Source: Bdellovibrionales bacterium
Lineage (GTDB): Bacteria > Bdellovibrionota > Bdellovibrionia > Bdellovibrionales > UBA1609
NCBI GenBank assembly: GCA_965116175.1
Contig: OZ220490.1
Coordinates: 129,643-193,642 of the forward strand
DNA: 64,000 nucleotides
Direction: 5' to 3'
Below, piece after piece: positions 45,732 through 55,337 of the stretch. A program made the translations under genes and the position numbers. The stretch's first letter is position 1, and each line of letters opens with the position of its first letter. The notes under the pieces are model-generated. The model did no database searches. It had not been told where the DNA came from and was given only the letters and a program-made list of their open reading frames with translations.

Positions 45732-45983
45732 AAAAACCCTCCTCTCTTTATATCTTACAAATTATGTTTTTATTACTAGCCGAAATCACTTAAAAAAGCA
45801 ATAGCAAAGCCTGCTATTTAAAAGAATTTTTATAAAAAGTTACAAAGAGGTATAAAAACTGCAATAAAACCGGACAGTTTTCTTTCAAAAAACTATAAAA
45901 AAGTTTGAGAAAAAACAAAACATGCTTTAAGCTTTAATAATTGATTAAAAAATTTAAGAAGGCTTTAAAAAAGGGGGTATTTT

Positions 45984-48164
45984 GTGAATCTGTATCAAAA
46001 ACTTATTAAAAATGCTGCTTTAACTTTGGTGATTGCTTTTTCTTTTTGTAGTTATGCTTTTCAAGAAGAGGATAGCCCAGAGCGAAAAGATCAAACAACT
46101 GACACATTTGGAGAAAGCCTAAAGTCCCACTACACAAGAGAGGAGATTTATAGGGGTATGTATGGCGGTAATGAAGTTTTTTATCGTTTTGACCACGGAC
46201 AATCAATCAGCCAAGCTTTTTTAAAAGAATGCCCTAATCAATATGATTCCTTTACAAGAGCTGTGGAGGGGTATTTTAACAAAGCCTCTTATGGTCAAAA
46301 CATGAATAGTATTCAAGGCTTGCAGATAAGATGTAAAAGCCTTTTAAAAAGAGATTACTTGGATTTACATAAGGCCATAAATAAGTTTCTCTCTAGGGCT
46401 CCCGGTTTAAAGGATAGCTTTCAAAATGCAGGCTATCACGAGGAGTGGCCTAATATGATAACAGGGATGAAGGAGTTTTTTGATGAATTTGCCGATTTTG
46501 AAAGCTGTGTAAAAACAGTGTTTGCCTCTTATGGTGATCACAATATACAGGGAAAGCCCCTTGAGCCTTTACTGAAAGGTTTGGCAGAATATAGCAGCGA
46601 TTGTGACAAGAAGGAGTTTGTTAAGGGTTTCTTTGAGGACAATCAAGAGATTTTTAATCATATTGCAAGTCTGCCTCAGATTTGCTCTATGTCTACAGAA
46701 TGTGTTGCGGAGTTAAAAATGAAGCTTCCTGCTGTCCGAAACATATCTCAGGAGGAGCTTTCGCAAAGTCTTTTTGGGATATGCTCTGCGGAAGAGAAAA
46801 AAACAGCAGTCTGCTGCAATGATGTTGAAAGCTGTGAATACTTAGACGGGAATGAGAAAGCCCAATACAAAAGCCAGATTCAATCTTATGTCAGTGATGC
46901 GGGAAGCGGTGGTGATGTCTGCGCCCCAGGAAGCCCTAATCTTCAGTCTATGGAGACAGGGATTTTAGAGGAGAGGAGAAACATCTGCGAGCAGTCTGTA
47001 AAAAGGTGTGAAAGCTCAGATTGTAAAGATGAGCTGCGATATTTTAAAAGCAAGTTTTTAAAGTGTTTTGTTGTTCCAAAGATTTTAGTTGATGCTCATA
47101 TTCCCTCCTGCCTAAACCATATAAAAGCTATTCAAACAGCTTACAGGGAATACAGCAGAAGAAGAAACAAGCAGGTTAGTCTCAGTCTGGATTCCACAAC
47201 AGAAGAGATAGCCCGCTGTTCAGACCCTTTAGAGGCATTGAAGAGGAATGCAGGTCAAAGGCAGGCCAGCGCCAGGGCTAAAGCTCAAAAGTTATGTTAT
47301 CAAGCTCAGGAGCAAAGATCTGCTCAGCAGCAGGGTAAAATAGCCAGTCTTTCTCCCCCTAACACTTATGGTTCTGGTGATCCCAGTTTAAGGAGGGGAT
47401 CAAGGCCAAGCTCTGTGAATAATAATCTTCCTTTGCCTGGTGTTGCAAAGGAGGAGGAGTATGGCATTAAAGACTTTGATGATGCATCTGTTAATAAGAA
47501 TGTAGGGGATTCTAAAAGAGAGTATGAGGCTCCTCCTGAGTATGCTTCTGATGATGATAAGAGAGCTAAAGCCTCCCCCCAAGAGGAGGGAGAGGGTGGT
47601 GATAAGAAGTCTGCCGAGCTTCCCCCCTGTATGGGTATATGCCCTGAGGGGAGTCCTTTTCCGGAGCCAAAGGATTATAACAAGTGGATGAATGTGGGGG
47701 ATTGGTATGAGGGAAAGCACAGTGATGACTTAAAGCGGAAGGAGATGGAAAGGGAGCTGGCTAAAGAGGCTGAGGAGCAGAAGAGAAGAGCTAGGGAGGA
47801 TGCAGAGGCTGGTTCTGGTTTGTCGGGTTTTTTTAAGAGGTCTAAACTGAAGGCGGAGAGGGCTTATAGGGATACTGGCAAAAAAGCAAGAAAACTTTTG
47901 CGAAAGGCTTATAGGGCTGTTGCTGGAGAGAAGGAAAAACCTCCTTCAATAGCGGACTTAATTCCTATTATGCATGATAGTAGTGTGGACCTTATAAAAA
48001 GGCAATTTGAGCTGGGTTATATATTTTGCAGTGAGGATGAAACTAAGTGTGGTATGAGTCCTGAGGAGTTGGAGGAGCTTAGGATAAAGGCTGGTCTTCC
48101 TGAGCCAGGGAGTGATGAATACATGAGGATAAAAGCTGGTTTGCCTCCTAAGCCAGAGAAGTGA
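45984..48164 (+). CDS. Secreted Cys-rich 726-aa protein with a charged C-terminal half and terminal RIKAGLP repeats
   Basis: GTG start after GGGGG. Signal peptide present. More than 25 Cys in the first 400 aa. Ends ELRIKAGLPEPGSDEYMRIKAGLPPKPEK. Confidence 0.75.
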   Translation: MNLYQKLIKNAALTLVIAFSFCSYAFQEEDSPERKDQTTDTFGESLKSHYTREEIYRGMYGGNEVFYRFDHGQSISQAFLKECPNQYDSFTRAVEGYFNKASYGQNMNSIQGLQIRCKSLLKRDYLDLHKAINKFLSRAPGLKDSFQNAGYHEEWPNMITGMKEFFDEFADFESCVKTVFASYGDHNIQGKPLEPLLKGLAEYSSDCDKKEFVKGFFEDNQEIFNHIASLPQICSMSTECVAELKMKLPAVRNISQEELSQSLFGICSAEEKKTAVCCNDVESCEYLDGNEKAQYKSQIQSYVSDAGSGGDVCAPGSPNLQSMETGILEERRNICEQSVKRCESSDCKDELRYFKSKFLKCFVVPKILVDAHIPSCLNHIKAIQTAYREYSRRRNKQVSLSLDSTTEEIARCSDPLEALKRNAGQRQASARAKAQKLCYQAQEQRSAQQQGKIASLSPPNTYGSGDPSLRRGSRPSSVNNNLPLPGVAKEEEYGIKDFDDASVNKNVGDSKREYEAPPEYASDDDKRAKASPQEEGEGGDKKSAELPPCMGICPEGSPFPEPKDYNKWMNVGDWYEGKHSDDLKRKEMERELAKEAEEQKRRAREDAEAGSGLSGFFKRSKLKAERAYRDTGKKARKLLRKAYRAVAGEKEKPPSIADLIPIMHDSSVDLIKRQFELGYIFCSEDETKCGMSPEELEELRIKAGLPEPGSDEYMRIKAGLPPKPEK

Positions 48165-48590
48165 TAAGGATAAGAAAACAAAAGCAGATTTGCCTAAGCC
48201 AAAGTGAGAGGACATGAAATAAACGCAGGTTAATCTAAGTCAAAGTGATGAGGATTTAAAGGGTATGAGGATAAATGCAGATCAATAAAAAGATATGCTT
48301 GTAAGTTATTAAAATTCAAACCAATTTGGTGTCATTTAAAATCAAAGAGGATTTTTGAAAGATAAATTAAAAAATTTATTGCTATTTACTCTATGCGGCT
48401 GTCAGGGGCTTGCTCCAGAGGAAACACAAAAGCCTTAAAATATGCCTTATTTCTCTTTACTAAAGATCAGTTTTCTTTTTATTCTTTTATTCAGCTGCCC
48501 GAGGCAGGGTCAGGCTAGAAAACTCTTTGAAAACTCAGAGCCCAAAACAGACCCCCTTAAGTGAAAGCTAAATTAAATAACTTGATTATC

Positions 48591-49220
48591 TTATAATTTG
48601 ATAAGAGGAAAAGTTTCCACATAAGCTAAAGCCAGATTGTCTATAAGACAGGCTGTTCCAAGAGCTGTTTTGTTGGTTGTTTTTAAATGAGATTTAAAAA
48701 GATAAATATCCTGTATTGGTGTTTTTTTCCAATGGGAGATTAGGCAATGGCTTAATAAAAATTGATCTTGATTACCAGAAAAACATTTAAAACTGGCCTC
48801 CTTGGCAACCCATAAAATAGAAGGTGAAGGGGATTGTTTAATTTCTGTTTTTAATGATATGCGGTTAACAAGTTTATCTGTAATTCTATTTTTTTGCTCT
48901 ATATCAAAACCTATGGAAAGTTTTTTATCAAAAACAAATAAAAAAGCTCCTAAAAAATTACAATGAGAAATAGATATGGAAACAAAGGGACAATTAGGTT
49001 TTCCACCGGGTTGTAAAAGTTTTTTCCAATTAAAATCTTCTTCATGTTTTTTAAAGTCTTTATGGGTCTTTATCTGATTGACCATTTTTTGTCTAAGCTC
49101 TTTTCTTTCTTTTAATCCAATTTTATTTGGGAATGAACTAATATGGAAATATATGTTTTTTCGGTTCAAACATTCTAGCATCTTGTTTATTTTTAAAGGG
49201 ATAGCTTCTAAATTGTTCAT
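48591..49220 (-). CDS. 4'-phosphopantetheinyl transferase (Sfp-type)
   Basis: IGFDIEQ and WVAKEASFKCF match the PPTase GxD(I/V)E and WxxKEAxxK motifs. Confidence 0.7.
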   Translation of the reverse strand: MNNLEAIPLKINKMLECLNRKNIYFHISSFPNKIGLKERKELRQKMVNQIKTHKDFKKHEEDFNWKKLLQPGGKPNCPFVSISISHCNFLGAFLFVFDKKLSIGFDIEQKNRITDKLVNRISLKTEIKQSPSPSILWVAKEASFKCFSGNQDQFLLSHCLISHWKKTPIQDIYLFKSHLKTTNKTALGTACLIDNLALAYVETFPLIKL

Positions 49221-49278
49221 AAATTTGTTTTTAAAATCATAGCAAAAAGAATCACTATGACAAGCTTATGTTCTTATG

Positions 49279-49299
49279 CTATACCCTCTCTGTTTGATT
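49279..49299 (-). promoter_or_regulatory. Recurrent motif copy oriented toward the PPTase gene
   Basis: The minus strand reads AATCAAACAGAGAGGGTATAG, about 60 nt upstream of the ATG at 49220. Confidence 0.35.
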
Positions 49300-49320
49300 C
49301 CAAGGATTTTATTAGAGGTA

Positions 49321-49465
49321 AAAATGCATATCTTCATTGGAAAGGAGGAGTAAAAGTGAGTTCGGCTTGGAGCGCAAAGCCGGCTAAGAGGCGCTTTGTG
49401 GCAAAATGCATGTCTGAACTTTTGCTTTCCCCTTACCTCCAATGGCGGCGGTTATATACTTTTTT
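49321..49465. ncRNA. Candidate structured RNA / conserved long-hairpin element, copy 2
   Basis: Core AAAAGTGAGTTCGGCTTGGAGCGCAAAGCCGGCTAAGAGGCGCTTTG...ATGTCTGAACTTTTG. Closing stem CATTGG/CCAATG (49335-40 with 49439-44). Same architecture as 6603..6744. Confidence 0.4.
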
Positions 49466-49546
49466 CATCTGGAAGTCCTTAGAATTAAACAGGGTTGATG
49501 TATTTCTCATATAAAGCAATAATGTGCTTTGAGAAACATTTAATAG

Positions 49547-49566
49547 CATACTGATCTTGTTTGAAA
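49547..49566 (-). promoter_or_regulatory. Recurrent motif copy oriented toward hairpin element copy 2
   Basis: The minus strand reads TTTCAAACAAGATCAGTATG, about 80 nt upstream of the element if it is transcribed on the minus strand. Confidence 0.3.
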
Positions 49567-49579
49567 TTTTGAACCCATT

Positions 49580-50536
49580 TTGACTTGGAGAATTTTCATT
49601 TATCAAGTAAAAATACAGAATATAGAAACTTCAAACGGATCGGTATATATGCAAATTAAAAAAAATGAGTCATTAAAAAATTGGAGTTGGTGGAAGGTTG
49701 GGGGAACGGCTGATTACTTCTGTCAGCCGGAAAACCCTGAACAGCTTAAAGAGGCTCTTCAATGGGCTGAGAAAAATAAACAGCCTTTTACAGTGTTGGG
49801 TGGAGGAACAAATGTTCTTATAAGTGATCAGGGAATTGCAGGACTGGTGATTTCCACAGTAAAGCTCAATCATTACTCTTTTGAAAAAACAAATAAAAGC
49901 CTTTTAATTCATTGTGGTGCAGGATTTTTAAAATCCCAGCTGATGAAAATTTTTAAAAGTCATAAACTGGCGCCAGCTCTTTTTTTGTCAGGACTGCCAG
50001 GGGATGTTGGAGGAGGTGTTGTTATGAATGCCGGGGTGGGGCGGCCTTTTAAACCTTCTGAATTTTCTGAAATAGTTAAATCTTTTAATGTTATGACAGC
50101 TAGAGATACAAACTTTTATAAAAAAGAGGATATTAAATGGACTTATCGTAAAAGCTCAAAATGGAAAAAAGGAGTTATTTATGAAGTTCAATTTGAATGG
50201 CCTATAGAGGAAGTAAAGCATCTTAATGAACAAATTAAAGTGGAAATGAAGAGAAGGCGATCCACCCAACCTTTAGAACAGGCCAGTTGCGGCTCTGTTT
50301 TTAAAAATCCTTATCCTCAATTTGCCGGAGAATTGATAGAAAAGAGCAGGCTAAAAGGTTTGAGAGTAGGCTCTGCAGAAGTTTCTGCAAAACATGGAAA
50401 TTTTATTGTTAATTTGGGTTCAGCTACAGCACAGGATATTGAAAGTTTGATACAAAAAGTTCGTAAAACGGTTTATGATAAATTTGCTGTAACTTTGGAA
50501 CCAGAAGTTCATTATATGGGAAGATGGGAGAAATGA
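49580..50536 (+). CDS. murB: UDP-N-acetylenolpyruvoylglucosamine reductase MurB
   Basis: WKVGGTADYF, LGGGTNVL and ASCGSVFKNP are MurB blocks. Probable start is M24 at 49649. Confidence 0.9.
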   Translation: MTWRIFIYQVKIQNIETSNGSVYMQIKKNESLKNWSWWKVGGTADYFCQPENPEQLKEALQWAEKNKQPFTVLGGGTNVLISDQGIAGLVISTVKLNHYSFEKTNKSLLIHCGAGFLKSQLMKIFKSHKLAPALFLSGLPGDVGGGVVMNAGVGRPFKPSEFSEIVKSFNVMTARDTNFYKKEDIKWTYRKSSKWKKGVIYEVQFEWPIEEVKHLNEQIKVEMKRRRSTQPLEQASCGSVFKNPYPQFAGELIEKSRLKGLRVGSAEVSAKHGNFIVNLGSATAQDIESLIQKVRKTVYDKFAVTLEPEVHYMGRWEK

Positions 50537-50630
50537 TAATTTTCAGGAAAAATCGGCATATAGTTTTCCAGTTGTTTTGAATTAAAGAATTCTATATTTT
50601 AAATAGAGTGTATAGAACAGTGAAATAATT

Positions 50631-51542
50631 ATGAGAAGTAAAAATATAGCTCTAGTTCAAGGGGGACAAGGTCCGGAAGCTGATGTGAGCCTCATTAGCG
50701 CAAAAGCAGTAGCCAAGGCTTTAGACCAGTTGGGTTACAAATATTTTACAGCCTTGGCAAATGAAAAACTGCCCCAGGCTTTAATCTCAAAAAAACCTGA
50801 TCTGGTTTTCTTGGCTGTACACGGTGTTTATGCTGAAGATGGTCTGATCCAATCTCTTTGCGAGTATTTGAAAATCCCTTATACAGGCAGTGGTGTCTTA
50901 ACCAGCAGTCTTTGTATGGATAAAATTTTTTTAAAGCAATTTGTTTTAAAACATAAAATTTCTATTCCTGATTTCCATGTCCTGGATGCCAAATGGAATT
51001 TTAAGAAAACACTTTCTTATCCTGTGGTTGTGAAATCTTCTCATGGTGGCTCTTCTATAGGAACAAGTATTGTTAAAGAGGAAAAAGAACTTATGCCTGC
51101 TGTTAAAAAGGCCAAACAGCTTGGAGCCAAGGTATTTATTGAAGAATATATGGATGATTGTAAAGAGATTGCTGTTTCTTTTTTAGATGGTCAGATTCTG
51201 ACTCCTATAGAAATTCAACCGAAAGGGGGCTTTTATGATTATAAAAGAAAATATGTCAAGGGTGAGTCGGCTTATTTTGTTCCTCCAAGAGCAGCCCCTT
51301 TTGTTATGGAAAAAATAAAATCCATGGCTCAGAAAGTTTTTCAAATTACAAATGTTAGAGCTTACGCAAGGGCTGATTTTTTATTGCAGAAAGATAACAC
51401 TCCCTGGCTTCTTGAAGTTAACACTCTACCGGGACTGACAGAAAGCTCTCTTTTGCCTAAATCTGCTCATTATGATGGTATAACATTTCCCCGGTTAATT
51501 CAAAAAATTATTCAAATGGCTGATACAGATTACGACACTTGA
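50631..51542 (+). CDS. ddl: D-alanine--D-alanine ligase
   Basis: LAVHGVYAEDGLIQSLCEYLKIPYTGSG, VVVKSSHGGSSIG and LLEVNTLPGLT are Ddl blocks. Confidence 0.9.
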   Translation: MRSKNIALVQGGQGPEADVSLISAKAVAKALDQLGYKYFTALANEKLPQALISKKPDLVFLAVHGVYAEDGLIQSLCEYLKIPYTGSGVLTSSLCMDKIFLKQFVLKHKISIPDFHVLDAKWNFKKTLSYPVVVKSSHGGSSIGTSIVKEEKELMPAVKKAKQLGAKVFIEEYMDDCKEIAVSFLDGQILTPIEIQPKGGFYDYKRKYVKGESAYFVPPRAAPFVMEKIKSMAQKVFQITNVRAYARADFLLQKDNTPWLLEVNTLPGLTESSLLPKSAHYDGITFPRLIQKIIQMADTDYDT

Positions 51543-51579
51543 CAATGTTTTATAGAATTTCATTGGAATAAAATAGATT

Positions 51580-52311
51580 ATGGAAAAAACAAAACTTTTT
51601 TTTTTAATTTGTGTTTCTGTTATTTTATTGTTTCTTCTTTTTTGCGCTTTAGGCCCATTTTCCAAAATTTCTGTGGTTGAGTTAAATGTTGATAGAGAAC
51701 TTAAAAAAGTTGATTCTTACATAAAAAAAGAAGAGAAAATTTTATCTCATTTGAACAGTTATAAAGGCCAATTTCTTTGGCAAGTGGACTTAAAAGATTT
51801 TGTTAAAGAAGCCAACGATTTTTATTCTGGTTCTGAGGTTTATGCTGTCAGGAAATTTCCTGGTCGTTTAATTGTTTTTTTCAGAAAAAAAGATACAGCT
51901 CTTCTTTTACTGAAAGATGAAGGGATGTTTTATTCTGTTTCTCATGAAGGGGACATAGGTAAAAAAAGGGAGTTAGGGGAATCTTTTGATTTTCCTATAT
52001 TGAGAGGAAAAGTATTTTGGCTTGATTCCCATCTGAGAAAAAAAACGCTTTCTATTTTTTCTTCTATTCCTAAAACCGGCCGCTTTTTTTCCGCTAAAAA
52101 CATTTCTGAGATATCTTACAATAAATCCAATAACAGTTTGATTTTTTATCTCCTTTCTGGATACTTTATTGTGGAATTAAAAAATGGACTTCATCAGAAA
52201 AAAATACAAAATATCAATTTTGTATTAAACTATTTAAATCAAAAAGGGTATCAAAAAGGGTATATTGATGCTCGCCTTGGTAAAAAAATTATTGTCAAAT
52301 ATTTAAATTAG
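51580..52311 (+). CDS. ftsQ: Cell division protein FtsQ/DivIB-like
   Basis: N-terminal TM plus POTRA-like region. Sits between ddl and ftsA. Confidence 0.7.
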   Translation: MEKTKLFFLICVSVILLFLLFCALGPFSKISVVELNVDRELKKVDSYIKKEEKILSHLNSYKGQFLWQVDLKDFVKEANDFYSGSEVYAVRKFPGRLIVFFRKKDTALLLLKDEGMFYSVSHEGDIGKKRELGESFDFPILRGKVFWLDSHLRKKTLSIFSSIPKTGRFFSAKNISEISYNKSNNSLIFYLLSGYFIVELKNGLHQKKIQNINFVLNYLNQKGYQKGYIDARLGKKIIVKYLN

Positions 52312-52385
52312 GTTTAACCTCAATTTGAGATCAAAATAACATAATTTTGTGATATTTTAGATTAACAACAGGAGAGAGACATAAG

Positions 52386-53564
52386 ATGGGCTTATTTAAA
52401 TTTAATGATGATAGCCTATTAGTTAGCATGGATGTTGGTTCTTATGCTGTTCGTTGTGCTGTTTTTCAAAAGAGTGAACAGTTTCCTTTAGAGCTTCTGG
52501 CCTTTACTGAAAAAAAAATCTCTGGGATAAAAGATTCCCGAATCATTAATTTTGAAAATATCAGTCTGGCCTTTAGTGAAGTTTTAAAATCTGCTGAAGA
52601 GCTTTCCAGAAGCTCCTTTTCTGAATTATGGCTGGGCTTTAGTCCCCCTTTTTATTCTTTTTGCTCTCAGGGTATGGTGGCCTTGTTTTCCAGGGAGGTC
52701 ACTCAAAAGGATTTGGATTTGGCTGTTGAAACAGCTTGTGCTGTTCCTCTCCCTGATGGTCATATTTGTTTGCACAGCAATCCTGAATCCTTTTCTGTTG
52801 ATTCCCAATCTAAAGTTTTAAATCCTTTAGGGCTTTCAGGTCTGCGTTTGGAAACAGAAGTCCGGCTTGTAACCACTCCTCAATCTTACTGTCGTGATAT
52901 AATAAAAGCTTTAAAAGAATTGGGATATACCCCAAAAGCTTTTTTCCATAACCTTGTAGCTTTTGGTAACAATTTCACAAGTTTTCAGGATAAAAAAAGT
53001 GGAATTTGTTTTTGTGATATAGGTCATAAAAGCACCAGAGTGATTGTGTATCATAATGGCCAAACAGAAAAAATGTTTTATATTCCTATGGGTGGAGATC
53101 ATTTTACTAATGCTCTTGCCTCTCAATTTAATATTTCTTTAGAAGAGGCTGAAGCTTTAAAAGAGGAAAAAGGCAAACTTCTTTTTGAGTTTTATGAGGA
53201 AGATGATTCTGTAGAAGTGGTTAATACCTCTTTGTATTTTTCAAGGAAGCTTTTTGTCCAGGTTTTGGAAAAGACTGCGGAACAGCTTTTAGAAAAAATA
53301 AAATCTGTGCTTGTTCAACAAAATCTGATGGATAAAATACCTTCAGGTTTTATTTTTGCCGGAGGGATAACTAATCTTCCGGGGTTTGCAGAGTTTGCTT
53401 CTTTTTATCTGGGTGGGAATGTATCTCATCCAAAAAATTTATATGAGAATTTTAAACAGACAAATAATTTTACTTTGATTCAACAGGCTTATTTGGAAAA
53501 TAAATTAAAAGTTCAAAAACACACTTTCCCTTCAGGGCGGTTTACCTGGAAGGAGCTGTTTTAA
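52386..53564 (+). CDS. ftsA: Cell division protein FtsA
   Basis: Actin-fold blocks (MDVGSYAVRCAVF, CDIGHKSTRV, FAGGITNLPGF). Sits immediately upstream of ftsZ. Confidence 0.85.
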   Translation: MGLFKFNDDSLLVSMDVGSYAVRCAVFQKSEQFPLELLAFTEKKISGIKDSRIINFENISLAFSEVLKSAEELSRSSFSELWLGFSPPFYSFCSQGMVALFSREVTQKDLDLAVETACAVPLPDGHICLHSNPESFSVDSQSKVLNPLGLSGLRLETEVRLVTTPQSYCRDIIKALKELGYTPKAFFHNLVAFGNNFTSFQDKKSGICFCDIGHKSTRVIVYHNGQTEKMFYIPMGGDHFTNALASQFNISLEEAEALKEEKGKLLFEFYEEDDSVEVVNTSLYFSRKLFVQVLEKTAEQLLEKIKSVLVQQNLMDKIPSGFIFAGGITNLPGFAEFASFYLGGNVSHPKNLYENFKQTNNFTLIQQAYLENKLKVQKHTFPSGRFTWKELF

Positions 53565-53581
53565 ATTTTTAGGAGGTTTTT

Positions 53582-55333
53582 ATGTTTATCATGGAAGAAG
53601 CGCAAAACATAACAAAAGCAGATATTCGTATTATTGGTATTGGAGGCGGTGGCAATAATGCTGTAGAGACAATGATCAGGGAAGGAATTAAAGGAGTCAA
53701 ATTTATAGCTGTTAACACAGACAATCAGGCTTTGGAAAGCTCTTCCGCAGAGGTGAAGATCCAGATGGGATCTAAACTGACTAAAGGTTTAGGCGCTGGC
53801 GCTAATCCAGAAGTGGGGCGAAGGGCAGCTGTTGAATCCTATGAGGAAATTGTTAAAGCTCTCCGAGGCGCAGATATGGTCTTTGTTACTGCTGGCATGG
53901 GAGGCGGAACAGGAACAGGAGGAGCTCCCCTTATTGCCCAGGCTGCTGAAGAATTGGATATTTTGACCGTTGGTATTGTTACCAAACCTTTCCTCTTTGA
54001 AGGTAGAAAAAGAATGCAACAGGCGGAAAAAGGAATTAGGGAGCTTAGGAATTATGTGGATACCTTAATTGTGATACCTAATGAAAAATTATTGCAGATT
54101 TCTGAAAAAAGCACTCCTTTATTGGAGACTTTTAAAATTGCGGACAATGTTTTGTTAAAAGCTGTTAAAGGGATAGCTGATCTTGTGAGCGTTCCTGGTT
54201 TAATCAATCTGGATTTTGCTGATATAAAAACTGTTATGATGAATAAAGGCATGGCTTTTATGGGAAGAGGTATGGCTGAAGGAGTGGATCGGGCTAAAAA
54301 AGCTGTTTATTCAGCTATTTCTTCCCCTCTTTTGGATGGTGTGTCTATTGAAGGGGCAACAGGGATGATAGTTAATATTACGGCTGATTCAAGTTTATCT
54401 TTAGCAGAAGTCAATGAGGCCAGCTCTATTTTGACTCAAGTTACAGATGATGAAGCTGATGTCGTAGTGGGGGCTGTGATTGATGAAAATATGGGAGGGA
54501 AAATGTCTATCACAGTTATAGCAACAGGCTTTAAGGGAGGATCTCCGGAAAAATTGAATAATATTCTTTTGCCTTTAAAACAGGATGTTGTATCTCATTC
54601 CTCTCAAGTTAAAGAGCTTTCGGAAAAGGCTGAAGCTCATCAATCCCTGCAAGTTAAAGAGCTTTCGGAAAAGGCTGAAGCTCATCAATCCCTGCAAGTT
54701 AAAGAGCTTTCGGAAAAGGCTGAAGCTCATGAACTACTGCAAGTTAAAGAGCTTTCGGAAAAGGCTGAAGCTCATCAATCCCTGCAAGTTAAAGAGCTTT
54801 CGGAAAAGGCTGAAGCTCATCAATCCCTGCAAGTTAAAGAGTGTTCGGAAAAAGCTGAAGCTCATAAATCACCTCAAGAAGAATCCTTTCAAGCTGAGGA
54901 GTCTGATCTCTCTAAAGGGGAGAAGCATCAGATTGTGGAAAAGACAGATGAGGATTCTTTTGTTCCAGGGAATGAATCTGAGCCTTCATTTTTAACAAAA
55001 AAGACAAATGATAATTCTAATTCTGAAAAAAGCGAAAACAATCCTTTACTGACTGCTGATCAAAAGCCGGTAGATAATAAGGAGGAAAACAAAGATAAAG
55101 AATCCTTGGGGCAAGAGGAGATTACTGTTCCCCCTGAGGTTGATAAAAATCTTTCTACAAAGGAAATGCTTCTTTCAAAAGCAAAAGAATATGCAGAGAA
55201 CCAGAAGGAAAAAGATAAAGCTGTCAAACCAGAAAATCAAATGAGTATGGATTGGGAAAAAGAGCAATTAGAGAAAAACCTTTCCTCCCCTTTTGACTCC
55301 TCTGTGGATTTTTCTGAAGAGGATATGCTTTGA
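53582..55333 (+). CDS. ftsZ: Cell division GTPase FtsZ with an unusually long repeat-containing C-terminal linker
   Basis: [17 protein letters not shown] and [12 protein letters not shown] are FtsZ blocks. The core ends near residue 320 and is followed by about 260 aa of acidic low-complexity sequence. Confidence 0.95.
   Translation: MFIMEEAQNITKADIRIIGIGGGGNNAVETMIREGIKGVKFIAVNTDNQALESSSAEVKIQMGSKLTKGLGAGANPEVGRRAAVESYEEIVKALRGADMVFVTAGMGGGTGTGGAPLIAQAAEELDILTVGIVTKPFLFEGRKRMQQAEKGIRELRNYVDTLIVIPNEKLLQISEKSTPLLETFKIADNVLLKAVKGIADLVSVPGLINLDFADIKTVMMNKGMAFMGRGMAEGVDRAKKAVYSAISSPLLDGVSIEGATGMIVNITADSSLSLAEVNEASSILTQVTDDEADVVVGAVIDENMGGKMSITVIATGFKGGSPEKLNNILLPLKQDVVSHSSQVKELSEKAEAHQSLQVKELSEKAEAHQSLQVKELSEKAEAHELLQVKELSEKAEAHQSLQVKELSEKAEAHQSLQVKECSEKAEAHKSPQEESFQAEESDLSKGEKHQIVEKTDEDSFVPGNESEPSFLTKKTNDNSNSEKSENNPLLTADQKPVDNKEENKDKESLGQEEITVPPEVDKNLSTKEMLLSKAKEYAENQKEKDKAVKPENQMSMDWEKEQLEKNLSSPFDSSVDFSEEDML
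54605..54874 (+). repeat. 45-bp (15-codon) tandem repeat x6 in the FtsZ linker
   Basis: The unit caagttaaagagctttcggaaaaggctgaagctcatcaatccctg ([15 protein letters not shown]) repeats head-to-tail. Confidence 0.9.
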
Positions 55334-55337
55334 TATT

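Noticed and set aside
54585-54995. 136-aa alternative-frame ORF within ftsZ
   Set aside because: It is produced by the 45-bp repeat read out of frame, and it lies entirely within the FtsZ CDS.
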